NCBI GenBank assembly: GCA_965248255.1
Contig: CBDFIW010000004.1
Location: 578,083-642,082, forward strand
From: Bryobacterales bacterium
Lineage (GTDB): Bacteria > Acidobacteriota > Terriglobia > Bryobacterales > UBA6623
DNA length: 64,000 nt
Direction: 5' to 3'
A model generated the notes under the pieces. It had not been told where the DNA came from and did not search any database. It was given only the letters and a program-made list of their open reading frames with translations. Position numbers and translations under genes: made by a program. Shown here piece by piece: positions 42,424 through 51,708 of this stretch (positions within the stretch are counted from its first letter, which is position 1; each line of letters opens with the position of its first letter).

Positions 42424-44859
42424 TTGCAGTTCCTCGCGAGACTCTGGAGATAGAGCTAAAAGCATGGCTCGATCTTACAGATAAGGCCGTGCGCGCCAAC
42501 ATTGCTCGGCACGTAGCGGCATTGGCCAATCACGGGGGCGGCTATATGGTTTTTGGATTTAATGACGATCTAAGCCACGATGAAAATCGTCCGAACTCAC
42601 TGGAAAGTTATAGTCGAGATGTATTCGCGGGGATCGTAAGTCGCTATTTGACACCGACTTTTCACTGTGAGGTGACGATTGTTCAGGATAAAGGCGGCGA
42701 ACAATTCCCAGTCATTAGGGTGCCCGGTCATGGGCATGTGCCAATTGCTGCGAAGAAGAGTGGCCCCGATGATAACCGAGGAAAACCACAAGGTCTCGTG
42801 GCAGGCACTTATTACATTCGGAAACCGGGACCGCAGAGTGCTCCGATCATAAGTGTTGAGGAATGGGGACCTTTGATCAGGCGATGTGTCCTAAGCGACC
42901 GAGACAGATTGCTCAGGGACATTGCCGGCTTATTGAATCCCGCAAATTATTATGACACTTTTTGACAGTGTGGAGCATCTATATATGTATGGGCAACCCC
43001 AAAGGTGTGAAGCGGGATTTCAAGGCGCTGGAGAAGCGCCGTTTCGAAGCGATGCGGCTGCTCCACCAAGGCCACAATCAGTCCGAGACGGCGAGACGGC
43101 TGAACGTCGCTCGCCAAACCGTCAGTGAGTGGCGGCGGCAATACCGCGAGCAGGGTGCGGCCGGACTCCGCCAGGCCGGGCGCGCCGGACGCAAGCCGCT
43201 CCTCGATGCCGCACAACGCGAACGCCTGACGTCGCTGCTGCTGGAAGGCCCGGAAGCCCACGGCTTCCCAACGCCCCTGTGGAGCTGTCCGCGGGTGGCT
43301 CGGCTGACCGGAGACGAGTTCGGGGTCGCATACCACGCAGGCCACGTCTGGAAGATCCTGCGAGCGCTCGACTGGAGCCCGCAACGCCCGGCCGGAAAGG
43401 CGCGCGAGCGCAACGAAGAGCGGATCCGCACCTGGAAGCGCAAGACCTGGAAGCGCATTAAAAAAAAGCCCAAAACGAAGGCCGTACGCTCGTCTTCATC
43501 GACGAAAGCGGATTGAGTCAGAAGCCGCATCGCTGCCGCACCTGGGCGCCACGTGGCCAAACACCGGTGCTGCAGTTTAACTTCAACTGGGAGAAGCTTT
43601 CCGTCTCGGCGGGGCTGACGCTGCGTAACTTCTACTTCCGGCTCTATCCCGGTGCGATCGGCAAAGAGCAAGTGACCGACTTTCTCAAGGCGTTGGTACG
43701 TCATATCGATCGCCCGCTGCTGATCGTCTGGGATCGGCTGCCGGCGCACCGTAGCCGCCTGGTGCAAGAGTTCATCGAACTCTCCGAAGGCCACATCGCA
43801 ACCGAGTACTTGCCACCCTATGCGCCGGAGTTGAATCCGGTGGAATACATCTGGGCTTACTGGAAGCAGCACGAGTTGCCGAACGTCTGTCCGAAAGACT
43901 ACGGCGAGCTGAACGAGCGGGCCCGCAAGGCACTCCGCCGCATGTACCGCAAACCGCGTTTGATCACGGCCTTCTGGAAACAGTCTTCTCTTTGTTTTGA
44001 CTGACTCTATATTATGCGGGAGTCAATAGTGCAGACACCAGAGAAGCCTGAGCCAGCTGCTCAGAAACGATTAGAGGAATGGCATAAGAAGACAGAGAAG
44101 CGATTCCTTCAGTGTCTGTCACAGGCCAATGAGCTTCACTGGCCCGTGTCGATAAGAGAGAACCATTATCAGTTGAGCTACTTGATCTTTGCGGACGGAG
44201 ATGAAGAACTTCCTACGGATTCACTTAGCCAAATCCTGGAAGAAGTGAACAGCGAGGTACGAAGTACGGTGTGGACTGGTTGGAGCATGTTCTATCCGTT
44301 CAGCGATCCGGAGGTAGCACCTGCAGTCTATCCGGAGCAAGTCGATGGAACAGGAGGGGATGTACTCGAGGCCAATCTCATGGGTCTTCGAGACTTTGAC
44401 GTGACACTTCCAGATTTTTGGCGCGTAGCACCCGATGGACGCGTGACCCTGATTCGCGCTTACAGAGAAGATCGTCAAAGCAGCGTTGAGTCCTTGGATC
44501 GGAAGGCAGGCACCTGGCTCGCACCTGAAACGGTTGTTCGAGAGACGACCGAGCTTGTTGCTCATGCGAGGGCGTTGGCTAGACGATTTGAAATGGCAAC
44601 AAAGGTCAGTTTCCAATGCGGCTGGATGGGTCTCAAGGGCCGACAAATCTCTGATTTTGATTCAGTATATTGGCGTCCGCATCACATCGCGGGCGCCGAT
44701 CAACGTACGACAAAGGGAGAGTGGACAGTGGCTAGTTTGGGCGCGGCTTGGTCAACCGTTGTCGCGGACCTAAGTTGCCCAATACTTCGCCTCTTCGGAC
44801 TGGACCATTGTACCCAAAGTTTTGTTGAGAATATGGCGCCAAAGTTCGTGAAACTTTGA
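42399..44859 (+). pseudogene. Schlafen/AlbA_2-domain protein with an uncharacterised C-terminal domain (~454 aa), split by IS630 copy B
   Basis: RETLEIELK...ALANHGGGYMVFG is the AlbA_2 signature. Removing the IS plus one TA gives in-frame DIAGL-VQTPEK. Confidence 0.87.
42933..44026 (+). mobile_element. IS630-family element, copy B (near-identical to copy A)
   Basis: Same 1094 bp with TA at 42931-32 and 44027-28. Two differences seen by eye (29866/42974 and 30239/43347). Confidence 0.93.
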
Positions 44860-44861
44860 GG

Positions 44862-45090
44862 CAAGCCATCATTCCGTGCCGCATTCCGCTCACGCCGGTG
44901 CCTGGTGCCGGCCAACGGGTGGTTCGAGTGGCAACGGACCGGGCGCGGGAAGCAGCCCTACTTCCTCGCGCTCGCGGACGGCTCACCGCTGTCGTTCGCC
45001 GCTCTGTGGGAGCGCTGGGACCAGGACGGAAAATCTCTGGAGTCCTTGACCATCGTCACGACGACGGCCGCGCCGCAGCTTGCCGGCATC
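44862..45090 (+). pseudogene. Internal fragment of an SRAP (SOS response-associated peptidase/YedK) gene
   Basis: KPSFRAAFRSRRCLVPANGWFEW...KQPYF...FAALWERW...IVTT. Both ends missing. Confidence 0.85.
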
Positions 45091-45787
45091 TCGTATCGCG
45101 CATCGCGCGGGCGTTCTCGTGCCCTTGGGCCGCGGCGAGATTCGCCCACTCGTGGGCAGCGACGTAATCCTGTGGCACGCCCCGGCCGGCACCGTACATG
45201 AGGCCGAGGGTGTACTGCGCTTCGGCGTGGCCCTGGTCGGCGGCAAGGCGGAACCAACGGGCGGCTTCACCGTCGTCCTTCAAAATGCCGCGCCCATTGG
45301 CATACATCAGCCCGAGGTTGAAATGCGCTCCGGCGTGACCTTGGTCAGCGGCGAGGCGGTACCAGCGGAGGGCTTCACCGTCGTCTTGCGGAGCGCCGCG
45401 ACCATTGCGATACATTACCCCGAGGCTGAACTGCGCTTCGGCGTAACCCTGGTCGGCGGCAAGGTGGTACCAGCGGGCGGCTTCACCGTCGTCTTGCGGA
45501 ACGCCTTCGCCGTTGAAGTACATGAATCCGAGGCTGGCCTGCGCTCTGGAGTGACCCTGCTCGGCCGCGAGGTGGAACCATCGAATGGCCTCACCGTTGT
45601 CCTGCGGAACGCCTTCGCCGTTGAAGTGCCTGTCGCCGAGGTCGAACTGCGCGGCAGCGTCACCCGCGGTAGCGAGGCTGCGCAATCCGGCCACGTCCGG
45701 CGCGTTCTGGCAGCTGACGAGCGCTACTGCCGTCAACAGCCAGATGCTGCACGACGCCGCGACCAGCCAGCGATGTCGTCGCTCCAT
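45056..45787 (-). CDS. Sel1-repeat (SLR) lipoprotein, five 36-aa repeats, probably C-terminally clipped
   Basis: Signal with LVSC; repeats of AQFxLGxMYxNGxGVPQDxxEAxRWYxLAADQG. Confidence 0.88.
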   Translation of the reverse strand: MERRHRWLVAASCSIWLLTAVALVSCQNAPDVAGLRSLATAGDAAAQFDLGDRHFNGEGVPQDNGEAIRWFHLAAEQGHSRAQASLGFMYFNGEGVPQDDGEAARWYHLAADQGYAEAQFSLGVMYRNGRGAPQDDGEALRWYRLAADQGHAGAHFNLGLMYANGRGILKDDGEAARWFRLAADQGHAEAQYTLGLMYGAGRGVPQDYVAAHEWANLAAAQGHENARAMRDTRCRQAAARPSS

Positions 45788-46116
45788 GATGCCTCCCGTC
45801 ATTTCCTTATTCTCATAGTCAGGGCTCGGCTGGTCAAGGGATGCAGCTGCACCCCGAGACCTGACTGATGCGAGCTACGCCGTTGCCAACGCCGCTGGAC
45901 CGGCCGCTGGGAACCAACTGTAAGAACTGTCGACGATACCAGCGTGGCACGCGCCGATCTGGATGCTTGCCGATCCGCGGCCAGTGGCCGAAGGTCTTCT
46001 GGCGTCCGATTCGGACCGGAGGCGCAAGGACTGATACCCGTACTTCGTCATCAATGCGGGTCGCCAGCCTCTGGAGTCGCCCGCACATCGTAGTGGCATT
46101 GGTGTTTCCCGTAAAT

Positions 46117-46370
46117 TCAGGCGATGCCGCCGATGAGATCGATAGCCGGTGCTTCGTCTCTCACAGCTTCTCGCTCCGCGTCCTTGGTAAACCCCCCGTC
46201 GGCCCACCAGCGGCCCTTACGTTTGCGCAGCCGCTTGACCAGCAGGCCGTCGGGCGTCCGCAGGCCGTAGATTCGCCCGCTGCGCGGCGTCTGGCGAGAC
46301 TCGTCGATCAGTACCGCGTCCTTGCCGGACAAGGGGAAGGGCCGGTAAAAGGGGCCGCGCATCAGGGTCC
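46117..46370 (-). pseudogene. Fused fragments: S24/LexA-like peptidase piece joined to an Mrr-like endonuclease C-terminus
   Basis: VLIDES...GRIYGLRTPDGLLVKRL (S24-like) is followed directly by GFTKDAEREAVRDEAPAIDLI (Mrr_cat-like). Confidence 0.55.
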
Positions 46371-46475
46371 GGCAGGGATATAGCCTAGGCTTACCATTTG
46401 ATCCCCTCTCAGGCTGGCGATTCCAGGGGGTTGCCGGTTGCCATACAAGCGGCGACCCTCCCGGAGCCAAGACGC

Positions 46476-46928
46476 TCACTTCGATTCCGTGGGCGAAACC
46501 CGCTTAGCATTCTTCTCTGTTTGTTGCTTGACCCAATCTTCTGGGGAGATCCTTGCGGGTGCGATCATGATGCCGCCTTCGTGGCGCATGTCGATGGATT
46601 GACGGACGGGCTTATCTAGCCCGAGCAGCTTAGCCTCACGGTCGAGCAGTCGTATTACGCGGTCTAGTGCATCCGTATCCTTCATGGCAAGGCTCCACCA
46701 CTTCTGCAGGAGGCGGTTGATACGCTGGCGCTGCAACTCCCTGTATCTTCTAGTTTTTTCGTCCGTGCTTGAGGACTCTAGCCGAGCTTTGATGTCGGTC
46801 GCCACCGTCGAATGGTGGACCCCGACCTGTCTCGCGATCTCGCGGGTAGTAGCACCAGCGAGTGCGAGTTCCATGACGATGTCACGGCGCTCCTCGCGCT
46901 GGACAACCTTTGCGACTGGTTCGCCCAT
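46476..46928 (-). CDS. HTH protein, small-terminase-like
   Basis: N-terminal HTH (GATTREIARQVGVHHSTVATDI) and RLLDREAKLLGLDKP, a pattern I recognise from phage TerS-like HTH proteins. Confidence 0.65.
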   Translation of the reverse strand: MGEPVAKVVQREERRDIVMELALAGATTREIARQVGVHHSTVATDIKARLESSSTDEKTRRYRELQRQRINRLLQKWWSLAMKDTDALDRVIRLLDREAKLLGLDKPVRQSIDMRHEGGIMIAPARISPEDWVKQQTEKNAKRVSPTESK

Positions 46929-47019
46929 GTCAGACCTCTGCTTCCTTTATGATGTTCTCGTCTATCAGTTCATTATCCTGTCCTCGTTTAACCCAAACTG
47001 AAGGCCCAGTAATTTTCGT

Positions 47020-47277
47020 CTCGCATCTGACGCAGTTCCCGCACCTCGGTGGCTCCCAGGCTGCCGTATTTCTTCTTCCACAGGTAGAACGTCGCCTCGG
47101 CAATGCCCATTTGACGGCAGGCATCGGCGACCGGCGTGCCGACTCCGCCAGGCGCAGGGTGTAGGCGACTTGCTCTTCGGTATAGTGGGACTTCTTCATC
47201 GCTTCTCCTTCCCACTCAGGGGGCACCGGAAGCGACCGTATTCTACTTTCAGCTGTCTCGAATTCCGGGGACAACGT
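47020..47277 (-). mobile_element. IS3-family remnant: left end and frameshifted orfA
   Basis: tgtccccggaattcgagaca end; MKKSHYTEEQVAYTLR / ADACRQMGIAEATFYLWKKKY; truncated near 47020. Confidence 0.8.
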
Positions 47278-47285
47278 TACTAAGT

Positions 47286-47335
47286 TGCTATGACTGCTAT
47301 GACCAAAAACGCTCTTAGTCATAGCAGTCACAGCA
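47286..47335. promoter_or_regulatory. Iteron-like direct + inverted repeats (candidate satellite replication origin)
   Basis: tgctatgac x2 (47286-47303), AT-containing spacer, gtcatagca + gtcacagca (47318-47335), directly downstream of the primase-helicase. Confidence 0.6.
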
Positions 47336-47354
47336 AAAGTCCAATGTCATCCCA

Positions 47355-49403
47355 CTACACCGACCGCAACTCGATGCCTTCGTAGGCGTGAGTCCGGCTA
47401 CCGCCTTCGATGGGCCGTATCTTCCTGACCATTGGCACCGCCGCATGTAGATCGCGTCCGAAGACAGCTTTGGTGCCAGGGTTGCGGTTGTCGTTTTCGC
47501 ACCACGTCTTCCAGGCCGACCACAGTGCGCTTACCTCTACTCGGTGCTCGCTTCCCACAACGCAAGCATCGCGCACGAATGCCGAGATCGGCGACGACAG
47601 GTCTTTGAGGTCCTGGATGGCGGATTCCCCCGATTCGGGGCAGACGGAGTATCCGCGCGCGTTGAGGCGGTCGAGACCTTCCAGTGCCCAATTAAAGATC
47701 GCGGGTGCTTCGGACAGCAACTCGTTTGTCAGTTCACAGTTCTCCCGGCCGTAGAACGACTTGGTCAGCACGAAGACGATGAACCGCGAGGCCAGCGCGC
47801 CGGATGAATCGGTCAGCCGGGGCAATTCGTTTGTCATCACGACAAACCGTGTCGGCAGCCGGCCGGTCCACGGCTCCCGATACTTGCGGTCGATGGTAAG
47901 GCTGTCTTCGCCCGACACCGACAACAACCGCTCAACGACGGTGTTGCTATCCGATCTCCCGGACAGCCGCGCGTCCGAAATCAACCCAAGCGGCTTCCCG
48001 ATCAAGGGCGACAAGCCGAAATTCGTGGAGAGGCTCGCCAGCGTCGGGGCCGCTACGTTGTGGGTGCCGAGAAGCCCGGTGAGCACACGAGCGATGGTGC
48101 CCTTGCCGGCGCGCTTGGGACCGACAACGAGAAACATCTTCTGCTGGCGGGTATCGCCCCCCAGGATGTAGCCCATCATCTCCTGTAACGCGTCGATGGA
48201 CGATGTGTCGCTCCATAGCTCGTGTAGGAACGCGAGCCAGCGCACCGGCGGATCGCACTCGGGCTCGTAGGCGAACACCAGCGAGTGATGGCAGAATAAA
48301 TCCGGCGTGTGGGGCTGCATCGTGCGCGTAGGGACGTGCAACAGCCCGTTTGTCATCGATACCATCTCGGTAGCGGGCGCACCGACTGTTTCGCTCATCC
48401 AACAGGGCGGGCTGGCGTCGCTATCGAGCAACACGACCGCCCTGAGAGCATCGATCACGTCGTCGATCTTTCGCTTCGTCGGATTGAAGGGTCGTAGCTC
48501 ACCCTTGTCGGGGTGCTCGAAATTCGCATGTTCTAACCACCGATAGACAGCCCCTCGAATATCGCGGACGTCGATCTCTGGCCAGTGCCGCCCGTTCCAT
48601 TCGTGGAAGTCGCCCCGGTGCACGCGCAGCGTCCAGGTTTGAGCGGGAGTCGTGTAAAGCGCCGTTGCTAGATCACGAGCAACGGCCATCGGACTCGACG
48701 GTGGCGGAACAATGTTGGGTGCTTGCTCGGTTCCCGCTCGCACCGCGCTGGCCAGCGTGACCTCAATTTCGTGGGCCGATATACCTTTTGGGAGTGCAGC
48801 ATCACGATAGGGGCTTATGTCCTCCCCACGCTTTGCGGCCAAGAACGCCTCACGGTTCAGTGTTTCGTTTCGCGCGCCGTTCGGGGCGGTTCGCACCGCC
48901 TCCGGGCCGTGTGCCCTGTTCACGCGAGAGCGCGGCAGCTTGCTCGGATCGGCGGGTACGGCGTCGCCGAAGTAGAGGCTCAGTCCCTCGGCCAATTTGC
49001 CCGGGTCCCACAAGACGGCAAAACCTGTTGAGCCTCGTATGTCCCCGCACGCGCCATTGAGGCGCCATTGGCGGTTGCCAACCTTGCCATCCGGCGCTCG
49101 ATACCAGGCGTGATATCCCCCCTCGCGGCGTGTCTCCGTCACCGTGATCGGGACGCCCAAGGTGTCTTGCAGCGCCTCAACGCCGTGAGCGCCGCCGTCG
49201 TCCACGTCTACGACGAAGCAACCAACACTGGCGGGAATGACGCCGACCAGCCCGCCCGCTTCCGCATGTGCCCTAACAGCTGCAACATCTGGCGGCGTCT
49301 TCTGCCACTCACGGGCGAGGGGGCGCTTGTCGGTACCGGCGAGAACGAAATGCGCACCGCGCGCATGAAGCGCCTCAAGTGCGCGGGTCGCTCCATCGGT
49401 CAT
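47355..49403 (-). CDS. Bifunctional primase-polymerase fused to a D5_N/P4-family SF3 helicase
   Basis: N-terminal Prim-Pol motifs (VVDVD, GGYHAWY, DIRG), PriCT-like RNETLNREAF, Walker A GPKRAGKGT and MTNELP. ATG overlaps the alpA stop. Confidence 0.9.
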   Translation of the reverse strand: MTDGATRALEALHARGAHFVLAGTDKRPLAREWQKTPPDVAAVRAHAEAGGLVGVIPASVGCFVVDVDDGGAHGVEALQDTLGVPITVTETRREGGYHAWYRAPDGKVGNRQWRLNGACGDIRGSTGFAVLWDPGKLAEGLSLYFGDAVPADPSKLPRSRVNRAHGPEAVRTAPNGARNETLNREAFLAAKRGEDISPYRDAALPKGISAHEIEVTLASAVRAGTEQAPNIVPPPSSPMAVARDLATALYTTPAQTWTLRVHRGDFHEWNGRHWPEIDVRDIRGAVYRWLEHANFEHPDKGELRPFNPTKRKIDDVIDALRAVVLLDSDASPPCWMSETVGAPATEMVSMTNGLLHVPTRTMQPHTPDLFCHHSLVFAYEPECDPPVRWLAFLHELWSDTSSIDALQEMMGYILGGDTRQQKMFLVVGPKRAGKGTIARVLTGLLGTHNVAAPTLASLSTNFGLSPLIGKPLGLISDARLSGRSDSNTVVERLLSVSGEDSLTIDRKYREPWTGRLPTRFVVMTNELPRLTDSSGALASRFIVFVLTKSFYGRENCELTNELLSEAPAIFNWALEGLDRLNARGYSVCPESGESAIQDLKDLSSPISAFVRDACVVGSEHRVEVSALWSAWKTWCENDNRNPGTKAVFGRDLHAAVPMVRKIRPIEGGSRTHAYEGIELRSV

Positions 49404-49606
49404 GCCGCCGGCCTGTCGCCACCGAGGGCGGTGGGGCGGCTCGCCAACCAAGTATTTATGTCGGCCAACCGCCAGCCAACGGCGCGGGGTCCCAGGCGGA
49501 TCGGCGGCGGCATATCGCCCGTGGCGATTTGTCTGTAGATCGACGCCTTGGACAGGCCGGTCCGGTGTTTTACTTCGGGCAGGCGAAGGATTCGTGGTTC
49601 GAACAT
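49400..49606 (-). CDS. alpA: AlpA-family transcriptional regulator/excisionase
   Basis: RILRLPEVKHRTGLSKASIYRQIATGDMPPPIRLGPRAVGW; GGAGGG RBS. Confidence 0.93.
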   Translation of the reverse strand: MFEPRILRLPEVKHRTGLSKASIYRQIATGDMPPPIRLGPRAVGWRLADINTWLASRPTALGGDRPAA

Positions 49607-49698
49607 ACGGCCCTCCCTTGAACGAGGTTAAAACCATATGATCCGCTATGAGTCAGCGAGAGTGTTTGAAAGCTGTGGGCGACAGCCTTCAAATGCAG

Positions 49699-50349
49699 CT
49701 ATCGGGAAGGCCAGCACTTCCACGGCGGCGGAAGTTTGCCGTCGAATCTCGCGGCCGCTTTTATCGCGCTCATTACGGTACGTTCATCGACATCGAAGTA
49801 ACTTCCCAGCACGTTATAGCGAACCATCTTTCGGTCCAATCCCAAGTACCCGAGAAGACCAAATACGTATGCAATCATGTTGTCCCTGTTGAGATTCGCA
49901 TACCTAGGGTTGCCTGTATGATGTTTCGGTGGCGGGGACGCTCCCTTGTGAAATTCGATGGCCCAATCGGCCAAATCGTCGGGAAACGGCAAGCTGTTCG
50001 CGAGCAGACGCACGGAAATGAGGTTCAGCGCATCCCAATAGTCGGGATCGCTAACGCTCGCCTCTATCATGTTCCGCAGCTTCTCGGCTTGGCGTTCCTC
50101 GCCCCATATTTCGCGCATGGCGAACCAGTTGTCCGCTTCTGCCGTCCCGCGCGGCGCGATGGGTGACAAATCCATCCCATGCAGCCAATAGCGCACGACG
50201 TTGGCAGCCTCCTCTGTCGCTTCGACGTCATTCAGTCCCTCGAACAGGCCAGGCCGGAGCAAGGCGTAGTGCTCCGCCGACGAAATCGACTCACCGTTGG
50301 CGATCTTCGCGAAAGCGGCGTCCCAGGCCGCGCGGCGGTTCCTATCCAC
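49699..50349 (-). CDS. Hypothetical protein coupled to the integrase
   Basis: 216 aa overlapping the integrase stop; no motif recognised. Confidence 0.6.
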   Translation of the reverse strand: MDRNRRAAWDAAFAKIANGESISSAEHYALLRPGLFEGLNDVEATEEAANVVRYWLHGMDLSPIAPRGTAEADNWFAMREIWGEERQAEKLRNMIEASVSDPDYWDALNLISVRLLANSLPFPDDLADWAIEFHKGASPPPKHHTGNPRYANLNRDNMIAYVFGLLGYLGLDRKMVRYNVLGSYFDVDERTVMSAIKAAARFDGKLPPPWKCWPSR

Positions 50350-51532
50350 GGCGCACCATCGCGACGACCTTGCCGCCCTCTTGGTTCAGGTAAGCCGCCC
50401 AATCGTCCATGAGCCGGCGCCGCCGCTCGATCAGGTCCGAGCGAGCATAGGCGCCCTCGACGCCACCCACGACGTGCGCCAGCGCCGCCTCCATGACGGC
50501 GCGCGGCGCATTCGTGCATTCCGCCGCCCAATCCCGGAAGCTCGAACGGAAACCGTGTGGAACCGCGTTGATACCGAGCTCGCGAAGTAGCTTAGACAAG
50601 GTGTTGTCGGAAATCGTCCGGCCCGTCGGCGAAGGAAACACCAGGCCCATTCCGTCCGACAACCGTTGTGCTTCCCGCAGGACTTCCACCGCCCGATTCG
50701 AAAGCGGCACCCGGTGGTCGCGCTTGGCCTTCATGCGCTCAGGCGGGATCGTCCATTCGGCCGAGTCCAGGTCGATTTCATCCCACGTCGCAAACCGGAC
50801 CTCGCCCGAGCGGCATACGGTCAGAACCAAGAACTCGAAGGCGAGCTTGCTCCCCGCATAGGCGCCTGATCCCCGTACCGCCTCAATCGCGCCGGCGACC
50901 TCCGCATGGGGCAGCGCACGGTGATGGCGTTTGATGATGTGGTTGTGCTTGGGCAGCGCCGCGCCGATGGCCTCGCCCGCCGGGTTGTCGGGCCGGTAGC
51001 CTTGCGCGACGGCCCATTTCATCACCGCGCCGATGCGCTGGCGCACCCGCCGTGCGGTCTCGGGCTTGTCGTTCCAGAGCGCCAGCAAAACGGCCATCAC
51101 GTCGGCCGTGGTCACCTGGTCAACGCGTTTGTCGCCGATGCGGGGAAACACGTAGTCGCGAAGCGACGCTTCCCATTGCGCCACGCTCTTGCCGCCGGGC
51201 TTCCAGGACGGCCGGTGTATTCCGATCACCATGGCGGCGGCCTTCTCGAACGTCGGCACGTCGGGCCGTCGCATGAGCGCCAGCGGATCGCCGCCGGCTC
51301 GCGCCAGCTTGCGGTTGGTGAACGCCTGCTCCCGCGCCTCGGCCAGCGACACCAGCGGATAGGTTCGCAAGCCAAGGTCCCGGCGCTTGCCGTCGATCAC
51401 GAGCCGTTGAATCCATTGCTTGCCGCCGCCCGGCAGTACCCGTAGAATCAAGCCATGCTGGTCGTAGTACTTGCCGGGTTCCGTGACGGTCTTGACGAAC
51501 GCCGCCGACAGTCGCTTGCTTCGCCTAGGCAT
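50342..51532 (-). CDS. int: P4-like tyrosine integrase (Arm-DNA-bind_3 + phage integrase)
   Basis: GKYYD..GLILRV, LGxYPLVSLAEARE, RSGEVR, PHGFRSSFRDW, LAH and AYARSDL. Confidence 0.95.
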   Translation of the reverse strand: MPRRSKRLSAAFVKTVTEPGKYYDQHGLILRVLPGGGKQWIQRLVIDGKRRDLGLRTYPLVSLAEAREQAFTNRKLARAGGDPLALMRRPDVPTFEKAAAMVIGIHRPSWKPGGKSVAQWEASLRDYVFPRIGDKRVDQVTTADVMAVLLALWNDKPETARRVRQRIGAVMKWAVAQGYRPDNPAGEAIGAALPKHNHIIKRHHRALPHAEVAGAIEAVRGSGAYAGSKLAFEFLVLTVCRSGEVRFATWDEIDLDSAEWTIPPERMKAKRDHRVPLSNRAVEVLREAQRLSDGMGLVFPSPTGRTISDNTLSKLLRELGINAVPHGFRSSFRDWAAECTNAPRAVMEAALAHVVGGVEGAYARSDLIERRRRLMDDWAAYLNQEGGKVVAMVRRG

Positions 51533-51708
51533 CGAACAGTCCCACTTTCATATGCCCCTATGAAAGCAAGACTACACGAAACACTGTGAAGCGTCAAGAA
51601 GCCATATTGAACCGTATAACAATATGTTAGACGTTCTTTGTGGGACTGCCAGAAATCCCTATAAACTCTATTCCTGCGGACCCCCTCTCCGCCAGTTTCA
51701 ACCGATTC

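Noticed and set aside
45170-45710. 108-bp tandem DNA repeat array as a non-coding element
   Set aside because: Fully explained by the five Sel1 coding repeats.
45834-46088. SRAP N-terminus (ORF starts MCGR)
   Set aside because: Similarity stops after four residues, and it is on the opposite strand from the real SRAP fragment.
47355-49637. 760-aa primase start given by the ORF track
   Set aside because: The extension overlaps alpA. The ATG at 49403, coupled to the alpA stop, is the more plausible start.
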